In this document: piece by piece, positions 28,395 to 38,332 of the stretch | Position numbering within the stretch: the stretch's first letter is position 1 | How the letters are laid out: every line of letters begins with the position of its first letter | IMG/VR virus record: IMGVR_UViG_3300036798_000218 | Span: 1-60,281 of that record | Length of the DNA: 60,281 bases | Source: a virus | Lineage: Duplodnaviria > Caudoviricetes | Strand: one strand, 5' to 3' | The notes under the pieces: generated by a model | What the model was told of the DNA's origin: nothing | Seen by the model: only the letters and a program-made list of their open reading frames with translations | The model's database searches: none | Position numbers and translations under genes: made by a program

Positions 28395-28667
28395 ATGACC
28401 GATTTAACGCTTGAAGCAATCTCAACAATGCTTGACGAAAAACTGGTACCAATTCGTACGAAATTAAACGGTCTCCCATTGATTCATCGCTCAATTGGCG
28501 AAATCAGACAGGAACTTCGCATGGTTCGGGCTGCCATCAATGATATGACCAAAACAAACATCACCAGCGGAAAAATAGAGGCGTTACACGCTGATGTTAA
28601 CCGCCTTCAAGATCGTCAAAACGAACTCGAAACCAGACTCATTACACTAGAAGAAACTACAAAATAA
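28395..28667 (+). CDS. Small coiled-coil protein
   Basis: 90 aa, heptad pattern. Confidence 0.7.
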   Translation: MTDLTLEAISTMLDEKLVPIRTKLNGLPLIHRSIGEIRQELRMVRAAINDMTKTNITSGKIEALHADVNRLQDRQNELETRLITLEETTK

Positions 28668-28720
28668 AAACTTAGGGTCTGTCCATACAAAGTTCAATAC
28701 AACGGAAGGAAGCCTTCAAT

Positions 28721-28930
28721 ATGACTAACGATACAAAAGATGACTATCCCAAGATAAATATCCGCGAAAAGCTGATCCACATAGATCAAATGCTTGCCAA
28801 CATCGATCGCAAGCGACAGGAAATCCAACTTGCGCCTTGGCAGATTTTCGCAACATTAATAACAGCAGCTGCAGCATTCTTTGCAGCTGGAATTGCGTTT
28901 GCTAAGCTCTTCCCAACCATCCCAACATAA
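28721..28930 (+). CDS. Small protein with C-terminal membrane anchor
   Basis: PWQIFATLITAAAAFFAAGIAFAKLF. Confidence 0.7.
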   Translation: MTNDTKDDYPKINIREKLIHIDQMLANIDRKRQEIQLAPWQIFATLITAAAAFFAAGIAFAKLFPTIPT

Positions 28931-28973
28931 GGATATGGCTATCTTGATATCGAGCATCGTACTGAACAACTAG

Positions 28974-29861
28974 GTGATACCAATGCTTTGTGATATAATG
29001 ATGGAAGCGGATTACTTGTGTAAAGAGTACCCTGGATTCGAGGGTACTCAAAAAGCTATAGCTATAGCTCGCAAGTTTGTCCTGGCACCTGATATCACAG
29101 CTGCGGCTGATGGTCTAATGAAAAACATTCCACAACTGACACGCATTACACCATTTTGCAGGTTGCCGTTCCCAATCTGTTGGTTCGAATTGGCCCAGGC
29201 CGACCGGCCACACTTCATGGCCAGTGACGTAGATTTCCCTGATTATCAAACCAAGCCAATACGTGTTGGATTCCTATGTGTATCCCGCGAAGATAATACA
29301 CTATGGCACTGGCACACTACACTGTGCTGGTCTCTCCGCGATCCCCGTAGTGACTACGAAGCTAATGCGAGCTTGCTTGGAGTAGAGTTCAATACCAAAG
29401 AACCTATCAACGATCCAAATTCTCAAAACCTAGGTGAACTTGGTAAATACGTAAGAGCACATAAATCAATATTTTCTCCAATAGAATTCGCTCATATCAA
29501 AAAGATCCGAGACCTAAACGCTTCAGACTGGGGAGGTGAGATCAGGTATTTAATGTCTCTGCTTGGCTTACTCAATAGCCGTAACGTTGCAGAGTACCAC
29601 GAAGTCGATAACAGCGCCTTCAATAAAAAGCGTGTAAAACAAGGCAGGTCGCCACTATCATCACACACTCTTTTGAAGATCAGGGCAATACATCGACATA
29701 GCTTTACTCGTCCAGGTCGCCCACCATCGAGTTCCGATGAAATTAGAAAACATTTTGTCGTTGGACACTGGAAAAAAAGATCCACAGGCTTATTCTGGTG
29801 GAACCCATTCATGCGAGGAAAGCATAGTCTTATAACTCATGATTACGAAATAACGACATAG
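28974..29861 (+). CDS. Conserved hypothetical protein
   Basis: 295 aa, RLPFPICWFE, C-terminal RKHFVVGHWK...WWNPFMRG. Confidence 0.8.
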   Translation: MIPMLCDIMMEADYLCKEYPGFEGTQKAIAIARKFVLAPDITAAADGLMKNIPQLTRITPFCRLPFPICWFELAQADRPHFMASDVDFPDYQTKPIRVGFLCVSREDNTLWHWHTTLCWSLRDPRSDYEANASLLGVEFNTKEPINDPNSQNLGELGKYVRAHKSIFSPIEFAHIKKIRDLNASDWGGEIRYLMSLLGLLNSRNVAEYHEVDNSAFNKKRVKQGRSPLSSHTLLKIRAIHRHSFTRPGRPPSSSDEIRKHFVVGHWKKRSTGLFWWNPFMRGKHSLITHDYEITT

Positions 29862-29870
29862 GATAGTGAT

Positions 29871-30641
29871 ATGAGTGTACTTCAAATCGAATACGTACAT
29901 GGAAAAGGTAATGGGTTTTACGTGTACGTAATCCATGACCCTCGTCCAAGCAAAGACAACCATCCTATTTACGTTGGTAAGGGTAAAGGAAACCGTGTTT
30001 ATACACACGTAAAGAACAGCCATAATAGACACCTAAATAACACATTAAACCTGTGTCTAAAGATCGGGCTTAAGGCTGTGACTAAGATATTCCATGTTGA
30101 GAATGAGGACGTAGCATTCCTTCTTGAAAAGACACTGATTACGCAATATGGTCGGTATGATCTTGGTACTGGCACTCTTTACAATTTAACCGATGGCGGT
30201 GAAGGCGCGTCTGGTGTTGGTCCTGAAGCGCGTTTAATTATGGCTGAGAATGGACGCAAGGTCTTAACTAATCCAAAGTATCGAAGGAAATTATATGATG
30301 GACAAAAAGAGTATTGGACCGACCAAGCTAATGTAGAAGCACAAGCTGAGCTTATGCGCGAGCAAGTACGTGAGGGGCAACAAAAGTATTGGGCTAACCC
30401 GGCCAATAGAGAAGCACAAGCTGAACGTGCTAGTAAGCAAGCGGCTGAACGGCGAGCAAAGGAAGGGCCTAAGCCATGGGTAGTAGAAGGCATTTCCAGG
30501 GCTACGTGGTATCGCCAAAGGAAAGCAAAGGAAGGACCTCAGCCATGGGTAGTGGAAGGCATTTCCGAGTCTACGTGGTGTCGCCGAAGGAGAGCAAAGA
30601 AACCGGAGATGGAGGTGAAAATTGAAGGAATTTCTCAATAG
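29871..30641 (+). CDS. GIY-YIG homing endonuclease
   Basis: FYVYVIHDPR..YVGKG..LYNLTDGGEG, duplicated PWVVEGISxxTW tail. Confidence 0.85.
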   Translation: MSVLQIEYVHGKGNGFYVYVIHDPRPSKDNHPIYVGKGKGNRVYTHVKNSHNRHLNNTLNLCLKIGLKAVTKIFHVENEDVAFLLEKTLITQYGRYDLGTGTLYNLTDGGEGASGVGPEARLIMAENGRKVLTNPKYRRKLYDGQKEYWTDQANVEAQAELMREQVREGQQKYWANPANREAQAERASKQAAERRAKEGPKPWVVEGISRATWYRQRKAKEGPQPWVVEGISESTWCRRRRAKKPEMEVKIEGISQ

Positions 30642-30858
30642 GTTAAGAATTCTACGATCAATCGACTTGCACGAACTCCAGGAGGTTGGCTTGTGGTGTG
30701 GTGAACATGAAGCAGTAGATGTAGCGTACTGGGAATGTTTCCGTGATCACCCATACAATTTCTTCATCAGTTGTGATGACGAGACAGCGTCAAAAATATG
30801 GCTAGTAGTCCAACGTCGATCGGAGAAGAAACCACCGGCACCTTCAATTCGAAGATAA
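30622..30858 (+). CDS. Hypothetical protein
   Basis: GGAGGTG RBS, TTG start. Confidence 0.65.
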   Translation: MKEFLNRLRILRSIDLHELQEVGLWCGEHEAVDVAYWECFRDHPYNFFISCDDETASKIWLVVQRRSEKKPPAPSIRR

Positions 30859-30870
30859 AGGAGAACGATA

Positions 30871-31344
30871 ATGCAATTCGCCACAATCAAACCTAAGCTA
30901 CAAGCACTAGAATTGATAGAAACAACAAACTTAAAAATTGCACAGCTAGCGGTCGGATTAACCGAGGTGGATCACGGTATCTTCTGGCGTAAGGACGACG
31001 GCCTTGGTTTAGCATACGTAGTTTATGAGTATGCATTGTATGAGCCACGGCCAGAAGAACAGAGCTATGCGGCAGTGTTTGGAAAATTCATTGCAGGTAA
31101 CGCCGTTGTCTATGCCTTCGATCATAGTGGCGAGACAATCCCAGTTACGCCTGAAATGATCTCAGAAAAAGACATCAAATGGCTACCAACTCTGTATAGT
31201 GCTGAGATGGCAATCGCACACAGGCGTGTATCACGGCCTATAATTGCTGTTCAAGGAAAGGTCCTGTGGAGATGGCCCGAAACCAGACCAGACCTTGAAA
31301 AAATAGCCAAGCTGACTAGTGATAACTTCAAGGACAAGACTTAA
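30871..31344 (+). CDS. Hypothetical protein
   Basis: AAGGAG RBS, 157 aa. Confidence 0.75.
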   Translation: MQFATIKPKLQALELIETTNLKIAQLAVGLTEVDHGIFWRKDDGLGLAYVVYEYALYEPRPEEQSYAAVFGKFIAGNAVVYAFDHSGETIPVTPEMISEKDIKWLPTLYSAEMAIAHRRVSRPIIAVQGKVLWRWPETRPDLEKIAKLTSDNFKDKT

Positions 31345-31361
31345 AAGAAAAGCTGGGGAGG

Positions 31362-31712
31362 ATGACTTTGGGGGCTCCTTCGGTATTCACCGCAGAGGTG
31401 GCATCAAAGGTAAGAGAACTGGCACCAACACATAATGCAGCTGAAATTGCCAAGATACTAGGTCTTCGTCAGGCAACAGTAACTGCTTTCTGTAGTAGGT
31501 TTAATATTGAACTAGGAGGGTACAGTTCAAACAGATCCCTCCAGGCCAGAGTTGGACAAATAACTTTTCGAAAATATATCAACGAAGCCAAGAAAAGAAA
31601 AATTAGTTTACCATCATTGGTATGTCGGTTGCTAACTATAATAGCTACTGACAATCTGTTTACTTCTATTTTGGAGGATCATGATGAAAAAGATAGGACC
31701 ACTCGCCGCTGA
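31362..31712 (+). CDS. HTH DNA-binding protein (GcrA-like N-terminus possible)
   Basis: NAAEIAKILGLRQATVTAFCSR. Confidence 0.6.
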   Translation: MTLGAPSVFTAEVASKVRELAPTHNAAEIAKILGLRQATVTAFCSRFNIELGGYSSNRSLQARVGQITFRKYINEAKKRKISLPSLVCRLLTIIATDNLFTSILEDHDEKDRTTRR

Positions 31713-31902
31713 TCATCCTGTAATAACTGGCGGCACTATGTGTGCTGCCTGTAGTCAGCCCATAGTTGCCGGTGATTACGTCACACTTATCTCCCTAGGA
31801 CCTGGAGATAATGAGGACGAAAGGATAAAGGCCAGGGAAGGGCGGCCTTATAATGCCGTCGCGATAACAATACATTGGCTATGTGCAGGAGGGAAGTTAT
31901 AA
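31681..31902 (+). CDS. Small Zn-binding protein
   Basis: CAAC...HWLC, GGAGG RBS. Confidence 0.65.
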   Translation: MMKKIGPLAADHPVITGGTMCAACSQPIVAGDYVTLISLGPGDNEDERIKAREGRPYNAVAITIHWLCAGGKL

Positions 31903-32015
31903 GGGGAAGGGGTAATGAAAGCTGAACATGTAGTAGCTATACTGCTACTATTATTTGTAACTTGTTTGATCTTATCACTTGCATACGAAGTAATTCATAT
32001 ACGCTTTATACACAA

Positions 32016-32225
32016 TTAAGCAGGACCTTTCACCCATCCAATCTTGAGTTCTTCTGGTGAATAGTCCTTAGGATCAGCGTAAGGGCTAATCTGTGTAGCA
32101 TAGCACACACGACAGACGTAGGGAGCTACTTGCTGAAATCCAACTCCTATGTCTACAAAGTCGGCGTCACAAACTCCACCACAATAAGGACAACTCGTTG
32201 TATCGTTCAAAGGAGTGTTTCCCAT
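32016..32225 (-). CDS. Small Zn-ribbon protein
   Basis: CPYCG..CDADFVDIGVG..PYVCRVC. Confidence 0.6.
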   Translation of the reverse strand: MGNTPLNDTTSCPYCGGVCDADFVDIGVGFQQVAPYVCRVCYATQISPYADPKDYSPEELKIGWVKGPA

Positions 32226-32427
32226 GCATGAAGGGCCAGTTAAGGGAGATTATACCAGTGAATGGAAGAAAACTGAAATAGTTAATTCGAAGTTCGGGTG
32301 CGCTCTGTGTGGATCGAAAGAAGTTTTCTTCAGAACTTGGGAGTCAGCCTGCGGAGGATATGACGACACTCATTACAAGTGTATCGAATGTGGTCATCAG
32401 TGGTGGGTAGAAAGTGATGATAGTTAG
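32224..32427 (+). CDS. Small Zn-ribbon protein (TFIIS-C-like spacing)
   Basis: AAGGAG RBS, CALCG-x20-CIECGHQW. Confidence 0.6.
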   Translation: MHEGPVKGDYTSEWKKTEIVNSKFGCALCGSKEVFFRTWESACGGYDDTHYKCIECGHQWWVESDDS

Positions 32428-32428
32428 A

Positions 32429-32543
32429 GGGGAGAGGGCTTGGATTGGCGTACCCCTCTCCCCAGGCAGCGGGTAGCCGAGTCGCATCATTGCGTCCTAC
32501 CTCTAAACTGGACAGCAGAGAGGTAGAATCTACGCCGCTGCCT
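32429..32543. other. Structured intergenic element between convergent genes
   Basis: Hairpin GGGGAGAGGG/CCCTCTCCCC, then a branched stem AGGCAGCGG/CCGCTGCCT enclosing CTACCTCT/AGAGGTAG. Confidence 0.7.
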
Positions 32544-32546
32544 ATC

Positions 32547-33065
32547 CTAGAAGACCTTAACCAAGGTAGCATACTGAGCATCTATCTGGGCATTGGTCGT
32601 AATTGTGCCTGCGATGATACTACCTGAGACACTAGCTTCCATATCGTTCACTGACTTGCGATATCCATTGCATGTATTAAATAGATTGATAAGTCCTGAA
32701 GCTGAATAGCTAGTAGCCACATAAGCTATGTTTATAACATGATACGTAAGACCTGGATTATTCTGAGCGGAAGTATACTGCAAATGCATTAACTGCAAAC
32801 GTTCTGCATCTACCGAAGTCGCAACACCCCCAACCGTTATACCTCCACTCATAGCCAATATAGCACTGGTATGACTGTAATCCAGCAAATCTGACTGAGC
32901 CGGAATATGCGCCGCGTATACTGCCTGTACCTGATTTTTCTGGGTTGTAGTCATTCCTGGACCATAGATAAAGGTCCCATCAGACCCCCAGGTAAAGGGT
33001 AATCCAAGCAAACCAGCTTTCAGAAGCTCAGCATCAAACGTTGGTCCGATTTTCGTAGTAGCCAT
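32547..33065 (-). CDS. Tail fibre-associated/assembly protein (DUF4376-like)
   Basis: Follows the fibres. GGITVGG and I.AGTITT.AQID motifs. Confidence 0.6.
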   Translation of the reverse strand: MATTKIGPTFDAELLKAGLLGLPFTWGSDGTFIYGPGMTTTQKNQVQAVYAAHIPAQSDLLDYSHTSAILAMSGGITVGGVATSVDAERLQLMHLQYTSAQNNPGLTYHVINIAYVATSYSASGLINLFNTCNGYRKSVNDMEASVSGSIIAGTITTNAQIDAQYATLVKVF

Positions 33066-33078
33066 TTTTTACTCTCCT

Positions 33079-34941
33079 TTATCCTTCTACAGTGATTGTA
33101 AGGCTAACAGGTGCTGGGAAACTACCAGAGTTGTTAAACGCGACGAAACGCCAACGACCAGATCCTGAGCCAGTACCATACACTATACCCATAAGAGTTC
33201 CATAATGCGGTCCTCCTTCAATCAGCCCATATTTAACACCCTCAACTGCAACCGGAGCGGTATTAGAGACTCCACCTGCGGCACTTGCGTTAGCACCTAC
33301 GAAATTCGCCTCATAAGGACCACCATCAAAAGACATTGCTGTAGCTGGACCTACACCAGCACTGGTAGCACCACAATAGCCACCAGTAGTAAAGTAAGCT
33401 TCTCTATTAGGCCAAATCAAGAAATAATTTCGTATATCGGCTCCAAGCTCAACCCATGCAGCTTGACTGCTTGTTCTCTTTTCACCGCTAAAAGTGGTAA
33501 CTGAACTTTTAAGTTTTGGATTGAACCAAGAAAGTACATATAGCTGACCATAGGTACCATCTGAGCTAGAATCTGCCCAAGCAGGACCGGGAACAGTAAA
33601 AGCCATGCCGACCAATGTTTTAGTTTGATCGGTATTCATTATCTCTATTCCATCAGTCGTACTTGTAATATGACCTGCGGTAGAAGCCATCAGTGTCATA
33701 GTAGAACCGTTCATATAGACATAGATATAATATAAGGTACTAGGATTTAATCCTGAAGGTGGTAAGCTAACCCCGCCAGTTGGTATCTTCTGTATTACAT
33801 CGTTAATAATAAGACCATTCCCATTTTGTGGGATCAATACTAGATTAGCTCCAACCTTCTGTAGATAACAACACCCTGCATTATCAAATCCTCCTCCACC
33901 GCCAGGACCGCCAGAATCTCCTGGAGGCCCTTGAGGTCCCTGAGGACCTGGAGGACCAGCTTGGCCTCCACCAAACCCCATCGTGAAATCGATCCAACAG
34001 AGATAACCAACAGCGTTTGGTGGTGAATTTGCAGGTCCTAGAGCATAGCCAATGGGCCAGTTATTCGGCGTTATAGTAAGCTTACCTGCATTAACACCAG
34101 TATCAACAAACAACGGTTGCATAGGTGTATAGGTGTTTACAGTATCAACATAAACCCCGTAATTGGTAATCTCTTCCTGACTCGATCTAATACCTAGAAT
34201 GTATTTATTCGTAGCAGGTTCTCCTACAATGATCTTTTGGTTTGTATAATCTAATCCGACCACGGTCCCGACAGTAGCTAGTGTATCAAAAGATGTTGGA
34301 TCGATAGGGACAACACCTTCGCCTTGGCCAGGAATCAATCTCTCAGAACTCATGAACCAAGAAGCTGGTGTTTTATGTGTATACGCTACGGCTGGAACAC
34401 GTGTAATCGAGTGTTTCATAACCTGATATGTATTAAACGCTACTCCACTAGGAGGAGGTAAACTCAATTCAGACGGAACTTCTGGAATCGATAACAGCTG
34501 GAGGAGTTGGATAGTAAAATTGGCAATATTTGCACTCTTGGATATAGCTAAGTATATGTTATATGTCAAACGGTTTCCTACTACAGTCCCAGAAGTAGGA
34601 AATTTATGATCCGCAGTTGGAGCGTCAATCGATGTAATAGAAAATAGAGTAAACGTACCATCGCCATTATCCGTGTACAAACCAATACGTCCAACATCAA
34701 AAGGACCTACTGATTCATCCAAAGTAACAACATATTGCACCGTACTGTCATTAACAATAGCATATTGTAGCTGTGCTGGAGAACCTGTGTAAACAAGATC
34801 ATCAACAATGTCTATTTCGTTTCCAACAGGAGGAGAAATACTAGAACCAATTTTGAAAGTCGTAATATTGATCTTAGGTCCTTGGTTATTTTTAGCACGT
34901 GTAGCAGCAGCTACGCCAACGTCAGTAATTTTGGTAGTCAT
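33079..34941 (-). CDS. Tail fibre protein 2
   Basis: Tail-collar-like N-terminus (ITDVG..INITTFKIG..GPFDVGRIGLY), collagen-like GPP/GPQ, variable C-terminus. Confidence 0.8.
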   Translation of the reverse strand: MTTKITDVGVAAATRAKNNQGPKINITTFKIGSSISPPVGNEIDIVDDLVYTGSPAQLQYAIVNDSTVQYVVTLDESVGPFDVGRIGLYTDNGDGTFTLFSITSIDAPTADHKFPTSGTVVGNRLTYNIYLAISKSANIANFTIQLLQLLSIPEVPSELSLPPPSGVAFNTYQVMKHSITRVPAVAYTHKTPASWFMSSERLIPGQGEGVVPIDPTSFDTLATVGTVVGLDYTNQKIIVGEPATNKYILGIRSSQEEITNYGVYVDTVNTYTPMQPLFVDTGVNAGKLTITPNNWPIGYALGPANSPPNAVGYLCWIDFTMGFGGGQAGPPGPQGPQGPPGDSGGPGGGGGFDNAGCCYLQKVGANLVLIPQNGNGLIINDVIQKIPTGGVSLPPSGLNPSTLYYIYVYMNGSTMTLMASTAGHITSTTDGIEIMNTDQTKTLVGMAFTVPGPAWADSSSDGTYGQLYVLSWFNPKLKSSVTTFSGEKRTSSQAAWVELGADIRNYFLIWPNREAYFTTGGYCGATSAGVGPATAMSFDGGPYEANFVGANASAAGGVSNTAPVAVEGVKYGLIEGGPHYGTLMGIVYGTGSGSGRWRFVAFNNSGSFPAPVSLTITVEG

Positions 34942-34959
34942 TGGCTATTTCCTTTCTGA

Positions 34960-36867
34960 CTATCCCTCTACTGTAACTGTAAGCGTTGTGGGAGCCGGTA
35001 TTACTATATTAGGTAATGCAGGACCAGTTGATCCAGGTTTAATATTAAGATTAGTATTCCAATAACCAGCCCCAGGACCTCCTCCAAAACAAGTACCCAT
35101 CATAGTCGCAAAATGTCGTCCTTCAGCTAACCCTCTTTTCACTCCATGAACTCCATTTGGACCTTGAAATGTACCGGCTCCTCTAGCCCCATTCTCGACA
35201 ACACTAACGGCAGCTGACTCATAGGTAACTCCATCAAAATTCATTGTCGTACAAACGCCATTACCACCATTACCTCCCTGATACCCACCACTAACATATT
35301 TTACCTTACTATTTGCCCAGACTATAAAATAATTACGTGCGGCAGTACTGAGTTCAATTGGAGCATTAGCAGAGTTCTTTGCGTCTGTAGGTAAAGCAGT
35401 AGTACAGCTTTTGAGTCTTCTATTAAACCAAGAAAGTACACACAAGTTACCAGTTGTTGAAGTATCTCTACTAGAATCAATCCAGGCAGGACCTGCTACT
35501 GTGTAAGCCATGCCAACCAACGTTCTAGTCTGATCAGCACCCTTAATATCTATTCCATCAAATGTACTTGTAGCATGGACTACAGTAGATGCCTCCAGAT
35601 ACATTACTCCACTACTCATAAAGGCATAGATATAATACAAGGTATTAGGGTTTAACCCTGTAGGAGGTAAAGCAACTCCTCCAGCTGGGATGTACTGTAT
35701 TACGTCATTGATAATGATCTTGTTCCCATTATAAGGTATCAATACCAAATTGGTTCCAGTCTTCCGTAAATAGCATTGCGCTGGATTGGAGAATATACTC
35801 GGTCCTCCTCCAGTACCAGGAAGTCCCTGAGGCCCCTGAGGACCAGGAGGACCAGCTTGGCCTCCACCAGAAAAGGTTCCAGTCGTAAAATCGATCCAAC
35901 ATAGGTATCCAACAGCATTCTGCGTACTAACCGGTCCCAGAGCATAACCAATAGGCCACTGGTTCTGAATAGTAGTAAGCTTACCTGCATTAACCCCTGT
36001 ACCAGCGAATAACCTCTGCATAGGACTATAGGTATTAACGGAATCGACATAGATACCGTAGTTAGTAATTTCTTCCAGACTAGATCGAATTCCCAGAATA
36101 TACTTATTTGAGGCAGGCTCTCCTACAATCATCTTTTGATTTGTATAGTCTAATCCAACCACCGTACCTATAGTAGCCAATGTGTCAAAGGAAGTTGAAA
36201 CAACAGGGACAACACCTTCGCCCTGACCTGCAATTAGTCTCTCAGGACTCATAATCCAAGCAGGGTTCACCCTACCTTGACTAGGCGTTTCTCTATAAGC
36301 TATAGATGGAACACGCATAATAGAATGTTTTATAACTTGAGAAGTATTAAAGACAACGTGCATAGGATCAGGTAAGCTTTTTTCATCAGAAGATTCTGGA
36401 ACTGATACAAGCGGTAGAAGCGGAATAGTGAAGTTAGTTATCTCCGACATGTTAGAAATAGCTATGTATATTGCATACGTTAAACGATCACCTACAATGT
36501 TTCCACTCGTCTGAAATTTGTAGTCCGGGTTTGGAGCATCAGTAGACGTAATAGAAAGCAGAGTAGATGTGCCATCCCCATTATCAGTAAACAGGCCAAT
36601 ACGTGCAACACTAAAAGGAGGATTTCCAACTGTTTCGTCCAGAGTAACAATATACTCTACCGTGTTATTATCAACAACCGCATATTGAAGTGAGGTACCT
36701 GTATAAACAGAATCAGTGATATCTGTTGATAGATCACCTTGTACTGGAGGTGGAGGAGGATTGATAGTAGGTCCGATCTTGAAATGAGTAACATTGATTT
36801 TAGGACCTGTACCTTGTGTTGCGTTAATTGCAAGAGTGATACCTGCCGCAGTAAGTTCAGTTGGCAT
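34960..36867 (-). CDS. Tail fibre protein 1
   Basis: Full-length paralogue of 33079..34941. Confidence 0.8.
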   Translation of the reverse strand: MPTELTAAGITLAINATQGTGPKINVTHFKIGPTINPPPPPVQGDLSTDITDSVYTGTSLQYAVVDNNTVEYIVTLDETVGNPPFSVARIGLFTDNGDGTSTLLSITSTDAPNPDYKFQTSGNIVGDRLTYAIYIAISNMSEITNFTIPLLPLVSVPESSDEKSLPDPMHVVFNTSQVIKHSIMRVPSIAYRETPSQGRVNPAWIMSPERLIAGQGEGVVPVVSTSFDTLATIGTVVGLDYTNQKMIVGEPASNKYILGIRSSLEEITNYGIYVDSVNTYSPMQRLFAGTGVNAGKLTTIQNQWPIGYALGPVSTQNAVGYLCWIDFTTGTFSGGGQAGPPGPQGPQGLPGTGGGPSIFSNPAQCYLRKTGTNLVLIPYNGNKIIINDVIQYIPAGGVALPPTGLNPNTLYYIYAFMSSGVMYLEASTVVHATSTFDGIDIKGADQTRTLVGMAYTVAGPAWIDSSRDTSTTGNLCVLSWFNRRLKSCTTALPTDAKNSANAPIELSTAARNYFIVWANSKVKYVSGGYQGGNGGNGVCTTMNFDGVTYESAAVSVVENGARGAGTFQGPNGVHGVKRGLAEGRHFATMMGTCFGGGPGAGYWNTNLNIKPGSTGPALPNIVIPAPTTLTVTVEG

Positions 36868-36895
36868 TGACTATTCCCTCACATGCAGGTTTGAC

Positions 36896-38332
36896 TTAGT
36901 GTGCTAGCCAAGGCTCAAGGATCATCATTGGAGGTGGGCCGCCTCTATCTACAAAAGACGACGTACCATCTGACGCTATTTGCAAAATATCAGTGGTCCA
37001 GTCGCTATACTCTTTGTGCTCATAATCAATCATTACCATGTAAAGCGTAGTAATATTTATCTGGAGAGGCGGACTATAGCTGGATCTTTCTATGTGACGA
37101 TAATCTACCATCGTCATGTAAAGTGTAGTAGAAGCAAGAACTAATAGCGGAGGCCAGCTATAGTAATTATGACTTGTTTGATCAGCCATGATTAAATACA
37201 ATTCAACAGTATCAAACGATTTCTTGGATAAAACCTGTAGGACTAATGGGACAGAAGCCAGCTTATAGAATGAATCAATAACCAAACTCCGCTGATCATA
37301 ATCATCCATATCCCAATCTTCAACTTTATACGTAAGAGCTACATGATTTGTCGGATAATAACCTCCCACTGTACCACCATTGTTAAGCGAACAAACTAAT
37401 TGATCATTAACGAACTTCAATATCCCAAGGTTACCATTCACATCTTTACACGGATCACCGGGTGCGAGAAAGCTCCTGTAGTCGTTTGTCCAAAGAGCCT
37501 CTACACCAAAATGAGTGTCGTATATGTACCCAAGGAAATCTACAAAGTACTCAGTACCAGCATACAAAAGAAACCTGATCCACTCAAAGGCTAGCCTACG
37601 TCTACCTTCCGAGTCCAACCTATCTAGCCTGAGGAAAGATCCTAGAGTAGCTAACAACGGTCCTAGGAAATCAGCAGGGATCTTATTCCATTTTCTAAGG
37701 TCACCGGCACGATGCGTTAGATACTGAGATTCTGAAACAACGAACTTCCTCATATCATTTAGATATGCAGTCAATAAGTCAGACGTTCTGAAGTAGTTAG
37801 GAGTATCAACACTTCGATTGAAATCAGTTCCCAACGGAATGTACAGAAACCATTCCCCAGACAACATCTTCCATAAAGCAAATGGGGAAACTACATCAAC
37901 ACCTACGGTTCTTACATGATACTGTGGATCTTCAGTTATAATAGCTAGCCCGTCGCCGCAAACAATCTGGAACCCAGGGTAAACGCTTGTTTGGCCTAGG
38001 TCTGACCAAAAGTATTCATCAAGAGTAGCAAACCAATTTCCATCTTCATCTATAGAAAGAGTTAGATTATCCTCCGGAGCGTAGTTCTGAGCTATAGCGC
38101 TAATTTGAGTCTTAATGGACGTGAAGTAAACAGTACCTTGAGCGACAATGCTTATCTGGCCTTGGCAGAGATGCCAAGCTGTGATAGTTGGGCTTACGCC
38201 TCCCTGGGAGGAAGTCGCATACTCAACACCGCCACCAATATCCCAAGTATTTCCACCAATATCATAAGTTACTGAAGCTGTACCTACATAAGATACAGCC
38301 TGTATAGTTATGCTAGCATCATAAGTAGCCAT
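36896..38332 (-). CDS. Baseplate wedge protein (gpI/gp7-like)
   Basis: Lies between the gp6-like gene and the fibres. L..L...LG...AGT...VDFL pattern. Confidence 0.6.
   Translation of the reverse strand: MATYDASITIQAVSYVGTASVTYDIGGNTWDIGGGVEYATSSQGGVSPTITAWHLCQGQISIVAQGTVYFTSIKTQISAIAQNYAPEDNLTLSIDEDGNWFATLDEYFWSDLGQTSVYPGFQIVCGDGLAIITEDPQYHVRTVGVDVVSPFALWKMLSGEWFLYIPLGTDFNRSVDTPNYFRTSDLLTAYLNDMRKFVVSESQYLTHRAGDLRKWNKIPADFLGPLLATLGSFLRLDRLDSEGRRRLAFEWIRFLLYAGTEYFVDFLGYIYDTHFGVEALWTNDYRSFLAPGDPCKDVNGNLGILKFVNDQLVCSLNNGGTVGGYYPTNHVALTYKVEDWDMDDYDQRSLVIDSFYKLASVPLVLQVLSKKSFDTVELYLIMADQTSHNYYSWPPLLVLASTTLYMTMVDYRHIERSSYSPPLQINITTLYMVMIDYEHKEYSDWTTDILQIASDGTSSFVDRGGPPPMMILEPWLAH

Noticed and set aside
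32464-32543. tRNA-like cloverleaf
   Set aside because: No T-loop TTCG consensus, D-loop GG spacing or anticodon arm geometry. No tRNA was recognised anywhere in the window.
33079-36867. Tail fibre pair as a diversity-generating retroelement or invertible shufflon
   Set aside because: No reverse transcriptase or invertase is in the window, the genes are in the same orientation, and differences are not adenine-specific.
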